Of a DNA stretch of 64,000 bases, positions 24,696-37,913 are shown piece by piece. Numbering within the stretch: the first letter of the stretch is position 1; each line of letters starts with the position of its first letter. A program made the position numbers and the translations under genes. Source of the DNA: Hydrolagus affinis (lineage: Eukaryota); NCBI GenBank assembly GCA_012026655.1, contig JAAILG010001475.1:1-64000 (forward strand), written 5' to 3'. The notes beneath the pieces are model-generated. The model saw only the letters and a list, made by a program, of their open reading frames with translations. It made no database searches and was not told the DNA's origin.

Positions 24696-25878
24696 GTGGG
24701 AGAAAACTCTGCTCCTTGGAAAGTTGTACCTGCAGAAACAGTGAAGAGAGAGACATACTTAAGAGTGCGAACGACAGAAACCAGTTAATTAGAAGAATAC
24801 AACAGAGACCTGGAAAAGCAAATAAATGAATATCAAAGGATAAGCAGAGAAATAAACTTACAAAATTAAGCAGATATTGGAATTGATCACACAGCAATTA
24901 CTAAAATAGTGATCCTTTTGTAAAGGGATTTTGGTCCATTGTCTTTCCTTGGTGCATATGGAAACATGTGGGAAGGAAAGGAACTGATTTTATTTAAATG
25001 TACACAGTGGCAACATTTTCATCAGAAATTACAGAGCACTAAATTTGTACAAAAAACCTAATTTCAAACCCAAACTGGAAAATGATAGCGATAAGCAAAA
25101 TAATTGCAGTCCAGCCAATAATATTTTCGGCAGCTGATTTTTATTATAAAAATACTGTTGCCCACAAAAGAAAATTTGAGTTATTTATTCATCTCCAGTC
25201 AGTTTCTTTGCTGCAATAGACAAAGGAAAGACAAACGAGACTAATATATTATTGGTTTTATCTCATGTGTACACCAAGCCCAGAAGTATGATGCAGAGTG
25301 CAGCTCAAACATATGAGAAGGGTAACTACAGCTGACGTTTTAGCCTGAGGGTACAGAGGAATCTCTTCCAACTGTCTTTTGCCCCAGTCAGTTAGATTCT
25401 TTTCTCTGACCCTTTACTATTTTATCCAGCAGCACTGTTCCTTCATCCCAGCATCAAATATGCTTCAAGCGGTATTCCTGTTGTTCTTACATTAATACTG
25501 GTTTGAGCCTGCCCAAAATCAACAGCCACTTTGCTTTCATATCGACAAAAGCTCCTGAACCTTTCTCTCGCGCTTTTAACACAGACAAAAAGACGCAACT
25601 GTCACTTGAGCAGCCACGGCAGTTTTCACAAGGACCGGTCAGCAAATAAACAATTGAGAAATGCATACACTTAATCCAATTACCAGGTTTTACATCACTT
25701 AAATTCTCCAGATTGGCAACGCCACGTTGCTAAAACAAGCAGAATCGGGCAGAAAACATCAGCCTCAGTCGAATAGTGCAATTCGGAGCTTTAGGGCCTC
25801 TCCAACTAAACCTTTGAAGAACACACTAGTATTTACTCCCCTAAACATGTTCAGGTAAGTAATGCTTCTCTCCTTTAT

Positions 25879-26245
25879 AATTTTCTCCCTTTTCTCCTGA
25901 AGGCACAAACTCTTGCTAGGTTATGGTGTCAGAGGAACTGACAACAATCCAGTAACTCACATAACAATGTTCATAGAATGTCAGCAGGCTAGCTGACCGT
26001 GAATGCATCTCAAACATGCCTGAATGCCTTTCTCATTGGGCGCCAACCTAGACAAACGCATTTTCCAGCAGAGGTCACTGAAGAGTGATCTAGGGAATCG
26101 CTGATGATTTTTCCCCCACCACCACAGTCCAGGGAAGCTGGGACCAATTAGAGCTCTTCTGGTATCGTCCAGACTGATCAGCTAGCGGCACAGATCAAGA
26201 ATTGAACCTTGAACCATCTGATAGACCGTATGTCTCAATATCACT
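25879..26245 (-). mobile_element. Ancient SINE (same family as 16495), near full length
   Basis: aattttctccc...ctcctgaagg...actcttgct...ttttccagcagaggtcactg...gatcagct...gcacag is the reverse complement of the family pattern. Confidence 0.6.
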
Positions 26246-27595
26246 TTGCTCCCTTGTCCGGAACACACAAAACTAAATTAGTGTGTTTTGTTTTGCTTAA
26301 ACTTTATTTTTTTGAATATTTGCAAACCCAAATATTGTCCCCACACTTCATGTATGACGACAAGCACTAAAAAGGTGGATAGACAACTCTTATTCTGCTT
26401 ATCTCTACTGATCATGATGGAGTACGAGTTACGAAACAATGTTCATTTACATCCGCTGCCCCAACTCAATGACAGTCTAACCACTCACCAACCTTCACCC
26501 CAAGACAACACTCACTGAAATGCAGCAGCTCACTTTGTTGACAAATCCATGCCATTTCTTAGGTGGTGTTTCAGTTAATGTTGTACGATAACAAAATCAA
26601 GTATTTCTATCTTGAATCAATATGGCCAGGGCACGGGGCTTGTACAATAATGGAAGCATTTGCACTGGTCATTCACTTTCTGTTTTACAGAAAACTGATA
26701 CCATCATTACGATAAAACAGACACTGAAATTTATTTTCCGTCCAGTTTATTAGCTTGGCAACTGACATATATATTGGGTGAATTAACAGAGATGAGTTGA
26801 GTCACTCCATCTCTGTTTAACCGTGTGTTTGCCTTTTGCAGTGAAGTGTTAACATTGTGCTGAATAAAACTTTAAATTTACAGTGATCAATATGTATTCA
26901 ATTACCTGTCCAGCTGATATATGCTTTCTGTACAAAAATGCAGTTTCAAAAGCAATGTCGAGATATACTTTCAGGAAAAATAAATCTGCAAGATATTCCA
27001 CTCTACCGTTTTATTTTTCATTAAAGCAAATCATGTTGTTATTGCTAAATCAAGTTGCTGTTCATATTAATTTGGGAAAATAATTTAATACCCAGCAATA
27101 AAGGGTCAACTCAATATCTAGCAGTAGGTTATAAGCATAGTCCAAAAGCTCCCAGCGGCTTCTACTTGTTTGTGCATTAGCAGACCAAATTATTCTTTTC
27201 ATTTTGTGTGGGATTATTATCTTTGGTGAACTATTCATCTTTGCAGCACAGAGTCTCCAGGGTATGTAAACAGTGCCATGACTATTCTTAGGCAGTAAAG
27301 AGATTACAGCTCACACTAACTGGATTTTCGCAGCTCTCAAAAACTCATGCAGGATTGCTCTGATCCAAATTAATATGATCCAGTTGAATTTTTCTCCCCA
27401 TTTTATATAACAGCAGGTCACTATCATCTCCGACCATGAGAATGGCTAAACTACTAATGATGCCTAGTCCAAATTTGCTTGGTACAAGTCTGTCATGTGT
27501 ATGTATCGCTGCATTGCTGACCACTATTTCTCACATGCATTTGATGCCAGAAGGTTTCATAATGAACGGATGTCAATGAAGGCTTTCGAAGTATA

Positions 27596-27655
27596 AGCGC
27601 TCTGAGACGCCGTCCGGCGTGGAGGGCGCTGAATAAATCGAAGTTGTTGTTGTTG
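27596..27655 (+). mobile_element. L2-type tail, family B
   Basis: aagcgctctgagacgccgtccggcgtggagggcgctgaataaatcgaa(gtt)n. Confidence 0.75.
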
Positions 27656-27937
27656 TATGTTCTCTGGACCAATCCTACAAATATCTGTAAATTCGTAGAA
27701 GGTTCAGATTGCTGCGGAGATGATTCCAGAACCTAAGTTGATATTAACCGAAAACATACAGGTGTACAGGTGAACAAACCACAATGCTGCAGTGCCATCA
27801 AATACAAAAAAATTACATAACAGTATCTCTATTCTCATATTTTGGGGGGTTTTTCTCCCCATTATCAAATGTATGTAGATTGAACAGCTAACCAGTGTAG
27901 AGAAATTGGTAGCATCATAGATCTGTAAATTGTGGGT

Positions 27938-28070
27938 ATAATAATAATACTTATTGTTTGATATAGCGCTTTTCACATCTTCTAGACGTCTCAAAGAGCT
28001 TCACAGAATATGCTGAAAAGTGAATTGACTATATTTTGTGGGTGAAATGCAGCAGTCAATTGCGCACAGA
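27938..28070 (-). mobile_element. Young SINE 3' fragment
   Basis: Tail and Deu-like block only. Confidence 0.85.
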
Positions 28071-28920
28071 AGTCTATATATTAAGTATATGTTAAGAAAG
28101 GGCAAATAAAGTTTCACTTGTAAAATATGCAGTCATCCAACAGTAACTCCTGTGAAATGCTTTGAGAAGCTTCGACAAAGTAAAACAATGATGCAGTATA
28201 TCAAATTCAAGTAACACTGTTTTAAAAATTGGAAATGCTATCTTTATGGTAGAGTGGGCATGTTGGAACGAGTGAAGGGCCTTCTTCATCTGAATCTCCC
28301 TTGTTACGACCTACCAAAGGGAGAATCGGGAACTTAAAACTCCCAAGTTATGAAGAGATGTCTACACTTGAACTTTAATGTCTCCCACGAGATTGTCACC
28401 TAATCTATTGCGAAATGTTTCTCTGTTATCAAATCATCGGGTGCAACTTCAGGTGGTCACTGCTGAAGATACAGCCATATAACCTGTTTGCACTTCCAGT
28501 TACAAGTCCATTTTTTTTTTTTTAAAACACGGGTTGATCATTCTTCATTTTTGCTGCACACGTTACAAATTAGTTCTTACAAGCTGAAGCAAGCTAGATA
28601 GATGTGAAAAAATAGTTTGGGTATAGTGTAAATGGAAATCTGATACAACATCAGTCAGCTTTTGATCTGCTTCAAGTCTCCCGATACAGTGATGCCCCTA
28701 AGTGGTGACCTGAATTCGTCAAATGGTCTCCCTCCCGTCAAATTTGCTGAATTTCACACAAAGCTACAGAAAAACAATAGCATCGAAGGTGCATCAACCT
28801 AAACCTGTGCAGGCTCATCCAATGGAACTGACTGTTCATCTTGAGATTGTCGCCATACTAAAAATAGTAACTAAAAAAAAACACAGAAATTGACGAGGGA
28901 TTTTGAGAAACAATAGAAAC

Positions 28921-29239
28921 AATAATAATAATAATCCTTGCATTTCATATAGTGCTTTTCACGTCTTCTAGATTTCTCAAAGCGCTTACAGAATATACTG
29001 TACAGTGAATTGACTGTATATTTGTGGGCAAAACGCGGCAGCCAATTGCACATAGCAGTGTCCCACAAACAGTCGTGGATTGAAATTACCGATTTATTGT
29101 TGTTTTTATTTTTGAGGGATTACTATTAGGCGGGTGGAATAAGGAAACTTGCCCAAGGTTTCGCCCTGACCTGCCTGGATTCGAACACAGGTCTCACGCT
29201 TGTAAGGCGAGTGCTCTAACCACCGAGCTACAGGAATCC
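28921..29239 (-). mobile_element. Young SINE, full length
   Basis: Very close to consensus; intact A and B boxes. Confidence 0.94.
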
Positions 29240-29549
29240 ACAGATAAAAATAATAAACTTGCACTACTTCTGCATCAAGTAGCCAACCACGCAGAGCGCC
29301 GGGTGGACCTGAAGATCTGATTCCAATTCTTTTGACGTAGGTGTCAATGCAAAACAATTTATTGGACATGCCAATACGCCAAGAGTAAACATGCTGTTTA
29401 ACAGTTCAACCGTTTCCCATGTGACAATGTCAAATGAAACTATAGCACCATGTCAAAGGCAGACTTCCTTCTTTCCAATCAACCATTTACCCTTTGCCAT
29501 TGGTGAAAGGCAACAAGATCTCTTTACAATGTCTCGTCTTTTTCAATAA

Positions 29550-30060
29550 ATTTTGCATGAAAACACGTTACTCAAGCACAAAGTTGCCTGCTGTCACACT
29601 GGAGGTGTGATAAATGTTTAATGAAAACAACACCACACAGCTTGGTGTCAGACAACAGCAATCACACAAGCCTGCTTTGATCTAAGCAGACACTTAAAAG
29701 GGGATCCATGCATGCTTCTTGCAGCAGAACTCTGTAACCTGTATGCTAATTAAGTAATATTAGCATAATGACTTCCTGCAGCATGTGGGGTGGGTGGGGG
29801 GGAGAGAGAAAGAAAGAGTATTAAAGAAATGACAGGTTAGAAGAGTATAAGCGTGCTGCCAAAACTGAAAAACTCCGATATTATTTTTTCACCCTGTCAA
29901 ATACTTGGGGAAAAAACCCACAAGAAAATTAACATAACATGAAAGCACACATTAGTCGCAAAATGACAGCCCTCTGCTGCGCGATTACATTTAGGACCTG
30001 TTAAACATTACCAATAAATGTCCTGATCTACAATACCATTAGTATTCTTCATAAACTAAC
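29550..30060. promoter_or_regulatory. Candidate enhancer with clustered MEIS/TALE motifs
   Basis: Four exact TGACAG/CTGTCA sites at 29591, 29830, 29894 and 29964, plus ctaattaa. Confidence 0.45.
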
Positions 30061-31535
30061 AAGGCTTCATCATATGCTCTGAATCGTATTTTAAAACTAC
30101 TCAGGTAGAGAGATGTTACAAGGATGTGTCATGTTTCTGGGCCTCATTTTTCTTTCAGGTGTCAACAATACAAATCAACATAGAATGTTATCAAGGTTTG
30201 CTAACCTGAGCAACCACCCAAAATTGCCAATGCAGTTTAAACATTAAAGAACAGCTCTTTGTGACAAGTCAGTTCTATACCTTAATTCAGAAGTCACTCT
30301 GAATGCCGTATTTCCATGTACTTTTTAAAGCATGTTCATCACTAACTAAAATGCTTTTTTTTAATAAAAATCTGATTAAGGAAGCTTTGATAATACAATT
30401 TATATACTGTTAGGAATAGTGTATTCCCAGCCCCCGAGACCAAATCATCTAATTGAAAATAGTGCAAAATGGCAGATGGAGATCATTACACATGCAGAGA
30501 AGTACAAAGATTCATGAATAATGTTTTTCAAATGATGTACAGTGGAAGTTATGAAAGTAACCTTGTCAGGGAATACGTCTGCAGATTTTAAAAAGAATAA
30601 ACAATCCCAAACAGTCAACATTGGCTGTTAAACCTCCTGCAACCGTTATACTGTTCGAGGTCACCCCTTATTACTAAATAGTCATAATGTTCCATCTTCT
30701 TGTCGCCTTTGCTCATCTCGTCTCCTCAACTCCCCAACCTGACATCTCTGAAGCTGCATCAGGGGATGTCAGCACAAACTGAGCTGAGAGTTGGTCTTAA
30801 AGGACTTTATTTCAAATCCTGTCATAACTTAAATCCAGCAGCTTTACTCATCAGGCCTTTACCCAAGTCTTAATTAGAGTATCAAAGGCTGCTATTAACG
30901 CTCAATCTTTTGCGACATGTTTTTTTAAAAACATATAAAACTGAACCTCAATTATCTGCCAATTTCAAGGCCTCTTCAATTATGGCGGGTAACCAAGGTT
31001 CCACTGCATCTCCTAAAATCTAAATTGATTTTTTTTGTCAATCTTCATCCATTTCAGTAACAGATACATATATATGGACAGAAATGTATTGGAAAAGTAA
31101 AGTATTGCAGGCTCCACAAATCTAGAAATCAATGCAATGATTTATATGAACATGTCAATGTTACCAAATTAACTTTAAAACCAATATGGCCTCAAATCCT
31201 ATCTTTCCATCAAATTAACCTATTTGAAATGATCACCTCTCTGTATAGTTTGCATTAACGTCTTTTGATTCAAAATGTTGTCAACTGATCCGAAAGGATG
31301 CACAAGACAAATAAGTCCTGGCAATGTTAACTGTGTGGTTTATTTGACGAGTGTCAAGAGAAGATTAGAAGAAATTTGTTTGCATCAAGTTGTTGTAACC
31401 TTGTATACCTTGCCACAAATGGCCGTTGACACTAAGTTCAGCACAGAATTGGAATTGTGTAACTATCATCTCTCAGCTTCAACCAATTCCTGGTCAAGTT
31501 GGTAGTCAGGCAACCCTGGTTGAGTGAAAGGTGAA

Positions 31536-31806
31536 AGGTGGGTGAGCCTTTAGCCACAGGTAGGTGAGCCTTTAGCCACTCTGCCCGCAACCTTTGGAAC
31601 TCCATCCCGCAATCCCTCCACCGCATCCCCTCTCTGGCCTCAAGTTTCCACCTCAAGACCCTCCTTTTTGACAGTCGACACTCCAAATCCCCCTTTTCCT
31701 TCCACCCTCCCTGTTCCCAGCTCAGGTCTGAAACAATAACTGTCCAAGGCCTTGGGATATCCTCCTGACGTGAAAGGCACTATTCAAGTGTAATTTTGTT
31801 GTTGTT
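31536..31806 (+). mobile_element. L2 LINE 3' end (ORF2 C-terminus, 3' UTR and tail)
   Basis: Translates as *AFSHSARNLWNSIPQSL...LKTLLFD (L2-type RAFS..AP.LWNSLP...LKT.LF); C-rich UTR; ctcctgacgtgaaaggc tail and (TTG)n; 22-bp tandem duplication at 31536-31579. Confidence 0.85.
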
Positions 31807-32370
31807 CTTCTACCAGCCACAAGTAAGTATGGAAAAGTGCACCACTTTGATTTGTCCTTGGAATTCTCTTTTATTTTTGCTCAGCCGGGTGTTGAATAAA
31901 CCAAATCACAATGCTTAAGATTTTCCAAACCAAACTAAAAGTTCTGTGCGTCCCACCTGCACATGGAAATTCCAGAAATATTTGTTGGAATGGAGGCACA
32001 CTCTCCCCCTGGAGGGACTCAACCTGCTTACCTAATTCCAGAAAATATTGGGTGCAGGTTGGCAAGAGCAAAGGATTGTGAACCGAAGTGTCATTTGGGA
32101 TGATTGCTGGAATCTAACCAGCTAAACCTGCCATAGAGAGCACTGAGCGGCAAGCTTTCCCATTGCTTGTACAGGAATTGGACTACTGAGACAGCCACAG
32201 AGGGTTGAGTTGGTTCAGTTCTGACATTCCGTCGCCAAACATGTCATCCTGGAGCTATTTCAGCTCCGGAGTCCCATACCTCCCCACAAAGGGACCTTGC
32301 CTCTATTCACTACCAACTCCATCTGACAAAAACAAAGCTTGGAACCTATGGCGCTAATACACACAAATAG

Positions 32371-32692
32371 TAATAATAATCCTTGCATTTGATATAGCAC
32401 ATTTCACAGCTTATCGACATCTCATAGCGCTTCACAGAATATACTGTAAACTGAATTGACTGTATATTTGTGTGCGAAATGCTGCAGCCAATTGCGCACA
32501 GCAGTGTCCCACAAACAGTTGTGGATTGAAATGATCTGTGGGTTATTGTGGTTTTTTTTCAGATGGATTATTATTAGGCGTGTGTATGGAGTAAGGAAAC
32601 TTGCTCAAGGTTTCGCCCTGATCTGCCTGGATTCGAACACAGGTCTCACGCTTGTAAAGCGAATGCTCTAACCACTGAGCTACAGGAACTCC
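32371..32692 (-). mobile_element. Young SINE, full length, possible short TSD (c)acaaat
   Basis: Complete consensus; cacaaat at 32362-32368 and 32692-32698. Confidence 0.93.
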
Positions 32693-33885
32693 ACAAATCA
32701 AATAATGAATTGGTCCACATGGACTGAACCACCCAGTCTGAATCCTCAACAATAAACAAAAATGAATCATCAGTGCAACACTGTCATCACGAGGGAGGTT
32801 CTCATAAGACCTACAGTACAATATAATGTGGGATCAAATACATCAATTAGAAGCTGTAATGAAAAGTGCCAATTGTTTGTGGGTGCAAGAATCAATAGAA
32901 TTTATCTACTGTATACAACAGTTTATAAAAAATATCCTACTGTGTGTGATCTGTCTTCCCAGGCAAGATCACGATTCTCCAGTCTGTGTTCTATTCGTAC
33001 TTTATTTATTGAATTTTGGGGAGAATCAGCCACAATCAGCAGCAGCTGACTTTCTGGTTTTTTTTTTACAAATGATTCACCTAGAAATAATATAAATAAC
33101 CATAGCGGTCACTATGAATGTTTTTAAATGCTCATCGCTTGGAAGCGGTGCAATGTTCGGGAGCTGAGTTTTCAATAAGAGACACAATCATTAATCAACT
33201 GCGGCTTCATCTTTAACAGTATAGCTTAATCCTGCTCAATTAAACAGTGGAGGCTGCTAACTTGCAGAAAGAAGTCAGTTATACTAATGATGATGTTAAG
33301 CAAGCTAATAAAAGCCCTTGTGAAATTCAGTGGACAGAAATAAACCAAATGATGCAAAAATGATCATTTTTTTCTTTTGTTAAAGAGAGTAGCCTATCCA
33401 TTGTGAACATCGTGAAGGTAATTATTTATTGGAGGTGGACTTGCTTGTGTCAAAACCGCGATCAGTGATCAGCGCTATTCTTCTGATCCTGGGTGATACA
33501 ATTATTGGGTGTTTTACTCTTCAGCCAAACCTCATTTAGGAGCAGTGATGGCAACCTCCGGCTGCAAGGGAAGTGAGGTCAAAGTCGCAAACTGTGGTCT
33601 CAGTGCAGTAAGTGGAGCACGTGACAAATATCCTCATTAACTGCCATGTGTGGCACTCACTGGTGTATATATATCACCGCTCCACAGACCACACAAATTG
33701 TAGAATCCAGCATTATAACCAGCACCAATATCTTTAATCAGTTTCAAAGATACCAGTTGCAGACATAAGCAAGCATAGGGGTACTACTTACGCAAGTCTT
33801 CATGCTTGAGAGACATCCCAGTTTAACAGATTTGACAAACGTCTGCATGCATAAACCATAATATACCATTCCAATTATTGCTTAC

Positions 33886-34062
33886 CCTTTCTTGTCGCTC
33901 CTCGATTCTCTTTCCTTTTCTTTCTCCCGGTCTCTTTCCCTTCCTTTATCTCTACCCTTGCGTCTTTCTCTTTCACGAGATCGGCTCCTTGTGTAACTTC
34001 GCCTACGGTTGGAGCGTTCACTGCTTCGACTGTAGGAACGCTGGCGATGTCTCGATTTTGAT
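33886..34062 (-). CDS. RSRC1: RSRC1 internal coding exon (equivalent to human exon 4), RS/RE-rich
   Basis: cacaacag|A TCA AAA TCG...AAG AAA GG|gtaagc; 177 nt, phase 2-2, in frame with the previous exon. Encodes [58 protein letters not shown](G), matching human [36 protein letters not shown]. The ORF track shows a different frame here. Confidence 0.93.
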
Positions 34063-35479
34063 CTGTTGTGAAATTATTTAATAAATTAATATTTGAAGTC
34101 CAATTGTTTTTTCCCCCCAAAGCCCGAGATCTCAGGCAATAATGCAATGCACCAGGACTCCATTGTGCCACCTGACTGAAGAGGACAGGAAACAGTTTGG
34201 CAATGATTCCCCAACTCAGTGAATTCCCATGTTCAACAATGCCATTGGAGACATTCCAAGCAAACAACGCTGGGATTGCTGGAGGGAACAAAGAGACGTG
34301 AAAATTAAATGTATCAAGCTAACTGTGTACACGCACTTGCAGTCTGTTCACAATGTCAGTGGAACTGGTCCCACGCCCACCTCCTCACAACTGGGAATAG
34401 TGTATGGCACAGGGAAATCGTTAATGAACTTGGCCCCAAAAAAAGCAATTAAGATGAGGGTTTTCAACAACAACAACAACAAAATTACATTTGTATAGCA
34501 CAAAGTGACAGGCAAAATAATCAAGTTAGAGATCAAGTGCCTTCACTTTGCTGGGATTTACCAGCCATTGCAAATGTCTGGAAGATTCTAACACACAAAT
34601 GATGTCAATATACATTAATCCAAAATATTGACCAATCAAATAAGCAGCAAAATACTGGTTGACCAGTAAACTAAATTGATAATTAAATAGAAAGCTGTAA
34701 TTAAATGCAGCGGTTTGAATTGGACAAATCCCAATTACAATCTATATTGTTCTTATGGATTTAAAAACATTCGCACACTAGGTTTTGAGGCAGGGAAGAG
34801 TTTTAGATTCCGTTTCTAAATTGGGATGATCGCAGGAATCAGCCAACCGACAATGGAATCTCTCTCATCTTTTTTGAGGGGAATGAGATCTGCCACCCAA
34901 ACACATAAGGAAGTAGATTATTAAACTGGATATGAGATTCAATGCCACCTGGTACAGTTTCAATCTTCTTTTTTTAAGATGCCTTAACTGATAATGAACA
35001 GTTGCACTCTCTTTTAAGTTTAGACTAACTCCTGCTGCCTTAGTAAACTGGACTTTGAGACTTCTGGCTGCCTGTGTAAAGACGTTTCCATCTTGTACCA
35101 CATTGGCCAACACTAAAGAATTCTGAGGCAGACTCATAGCCTCAAATTACTGGTGTTTCCCTGAAGCTGCTGATATCCCAGATGGGATTGGCCCGAGGTT
35201 TGCCTCCTGCCTCAGGGAATCAAATTGCCGTGGAGTTCCAGCACTTCACTAAAACTACATGAGAAGAAGGCTTTGATAATTCCAACCTTATGCCCTCCAA
35301 AAACAGTGAAGCATCTGTTCAGAAGTCTCCCAATACAGACTCCAAGGAGCAATGCAAGAGCAGAGATGAAACTCTGCAAGATAAAGAGTTGCTTCAAAGT
35401 GTGAAATTGTACAGGCAGGATTGGTTAGCAGAACTTAAAATCAGATGGAAGACGAAAGTTCTTTCCTTATGACATTTAG

Positions 35480-35800
35480 ATCTCTGTAATTGAGTGCAGA
35501 GTGTCATCTTTAGCGCATTTATTAAGATTGACTCACAGTGACAGGATTTCAACCAATTTATCATCCACCCCACAGTGCCTTTTTTTTGCTCGCTTGTTTT
35601 TCCTGTGTAAATACAATGGTTTTTTGGGGGTCCTAGCTGTATTAAATCTTGTGGTCAATATGAAGGGAATCACTATTTTAGTCAGTTTAAACAAAATTAG
35701 CACCTTCATCCAATGTAACTTCTTTCTGATAGCATTTGTAGAACAAAGTTGTGATAAACCGCCAGAGGCGCTGGCCACAAGTGATTACAAATAAGCATTC
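35480..35800. promoter_or_regulatory. Candidate conserved non-coding element
   Basis: Repeat-free block with TAATTG, TGACTCA, TGACAG, TGTAAATA (forkhead-type) and AACAAAG (SOX-type) motifs. Not verified. Confidence 0.35.
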
Positions 35801-37691
35801 CTATAGTAGATAGAGATTTTGAAGCCAGGAGTTGGCACAAATCAATACTCTGAATAAAATATGAAATGGAATTTGGAAAAACTCACTGAAGTAAAAATGC
35901 ACAAGTCCACAGTAAAGATTCTTTCTTAAATCCAATTGGAACTCCCGGTCTTTTTCTTGTTCGTAAAAGAATAAAATGACTTTTTGACATAAAGTTGTGG
36001 CATAAAATTTCATGCGTGGATCAATTTGAAGTTGGACGACTGCGAGTGGTTAACAAATTTACGGCTCAACTTGTATAATACTGCCCTGGATATGTGTGTT
36101 CACTTTATCCGTTCAACCACAGATGCATAATAAACAGGGAACAGACCACCTCAATTCACACAGGGACACGTCAACACCTCCTCTTGGGAGGTAGTCTTCA
36201 TAGAATCCCAGGCACAGCTTAGACTATATAACTAGCATAATGCCAGGTCTGATAACAAAGAGCATTAGACCTAAAATGAGCAAAGTATGCAGAAAACACA
36301 ATGATTCATGCTGATAGAACTGCGAGCCTCACATTGTGGAAAAGTATAGAGTCTACAAGTATGACAGAACGTCACTGATGAAGATTGGTGAATTTTTTGA
36401 TAAAATCTGCTTCTAAAGAATGGTGATAAATTGCAGTGCTGCGCCAGGATTTGACTGTTTACTAAGAGAAATGTAGATGCTTCCCAACATGCTCATTTTT
36501 GAAAGGACCTAAGGGTTTGATGGAAGTCGCATATTAGAATTTGATAACATTTAGTGAGGCGGTATTTTAAGTTAGTGAGGTGGCATTTGGTGCTTTTGGG
36601 CAGACAGCACAATAAATCCCACCACTTCAACTGGATTAATAAAATATCTCTGTTCAGTTCGTACATAAAACGTACAATGAAAAGAAGCGAATACTGCATT
36701 GCGGGAATTCTAATGTGACTTTCGGCAGCTTCTCAGAAACAGTATTTGCTTCTGATCACATCATAACTTTTCCCCAAACAATCTACTCTTAGAATTAAGG
36801 CCAAAACAAAGTGGGATGTGGAAGTTCCTTTATGCCCTCGTCCACATCTCAGTCCATCATTCGGCTCTCACCTGTGTGACAGAAAATGACTTCACAATTA
36901 CAATTTATTTTCCATCATCTTTACCCACAAGCCACAACCTTAATCTAAATAGTAGCTGAGGTTTCTAAGCCTGCTTTCTGTTATGGGAAGAGGAATAGGC
37001 CATTTGGGTGATCAAGCAAGGCTGTTAAGCCATTTTATTAGATTATGTGAATGATACCTAGAAGTTGAAAAACAACACTTTCTCTGAAGCCATTAAGCTC
37101 TGTATATAAAACTGTTCATCTTCCTGAGCGCTGATAACAAGCTCAAAAGGATAAAGGATACAGCTGTTTAATATTACAAATTATATCTCATCCTTTAATC
37201 AATGTAAACAACACTTTCATGGAAATAATTCTACAGATCAGACTTTGTTTTGTCGAATAAATGCATTTAAAATAGAATAATTACACCTTCTTCCGGAAGG
37301 TGTATTTAGAAGCTAAAAGATAAGCATATTAAAAATATTCTGTTCATCCATGGATCAGCTGAACAATAATAACATTTGATCCAATATCTAGCTCTGGAAC
37401 CATGAAGATTTACCAGTGTCCCTAAAAAAAAGTCCAATAATTAGCTTTTTTATTTCTCGTGAAGAAAAGTCATGAAGCAAATAGAACACAAGATCTGAAA
37501 CTGTGTTCTGGCACTTGATGTTGTAAAACTGTTACAACAAGAATCATTCTGGTTTGACATCAGAAATCCACCCAAAACAACAAAATACTGTAATTATATT
37601 CAACTTTTATAAATCAAATTCTGGACTTTCATGACGGATTATCAGACAGAGTTTATTACTTCCTCAGATCCCTTACACACTATTGTATTAG

Positions 37692-37756
37692 AACAACAGC
37701 AACAAAATTATACTTGTATAGCACCTTTCACGTCAGGAGGACATCCGAAGGCACTG
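37692..37756 (-). mobile_element. L2-type tail, family A
   Basis: caacaaaattatacttgtatagcacctttcacgtcaggaggacatccgaaggcactg. Confidence 0.75.
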
Positions 37757-37913
37757 AAATTAGATGTCTTTCAACAAATAATGAAGAAACAGCATAGACC
37801 AAATCCTTGAGTGTCTTAAAATAAATGCATTGTGTTGATAGTGCATTGGAATGCAATGGGATGCAAAGTTTATTAAACTAGCTTCTCACCAAAGGGTTCT
37901 TAACTAATGAAAC

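Larger units (their letters stand above)
5154..33885 (-). other. RSRC1: RSRC1 intron, ~28.7 kb (contains an assembly gap), GT-AG
   Basis: Defined by the donor at 33885 and acceptor at 5154; phases match (GG|G = Gly). Confidence 0.85.

Noticed and set aside
33875-34291. 138-aa ORF in the track
   Set aside because: It is an alternative frame over the real RSRC1 exon; the RS-rich frame bounded by splice sites is the biological one.
35758-35775. CTCF-like ccgccagaggcgct
   Set aside because: One base short of the CCASYAGRKGGCR spacing; not supportable without ChIP data.
37282-37304. 9-bp perfect hairpin tacaccttc-ttccg-gaaggtgta
   Set aside because: Isolated short palindrome expected occasionally by chance; too short for a pre-miRNA.
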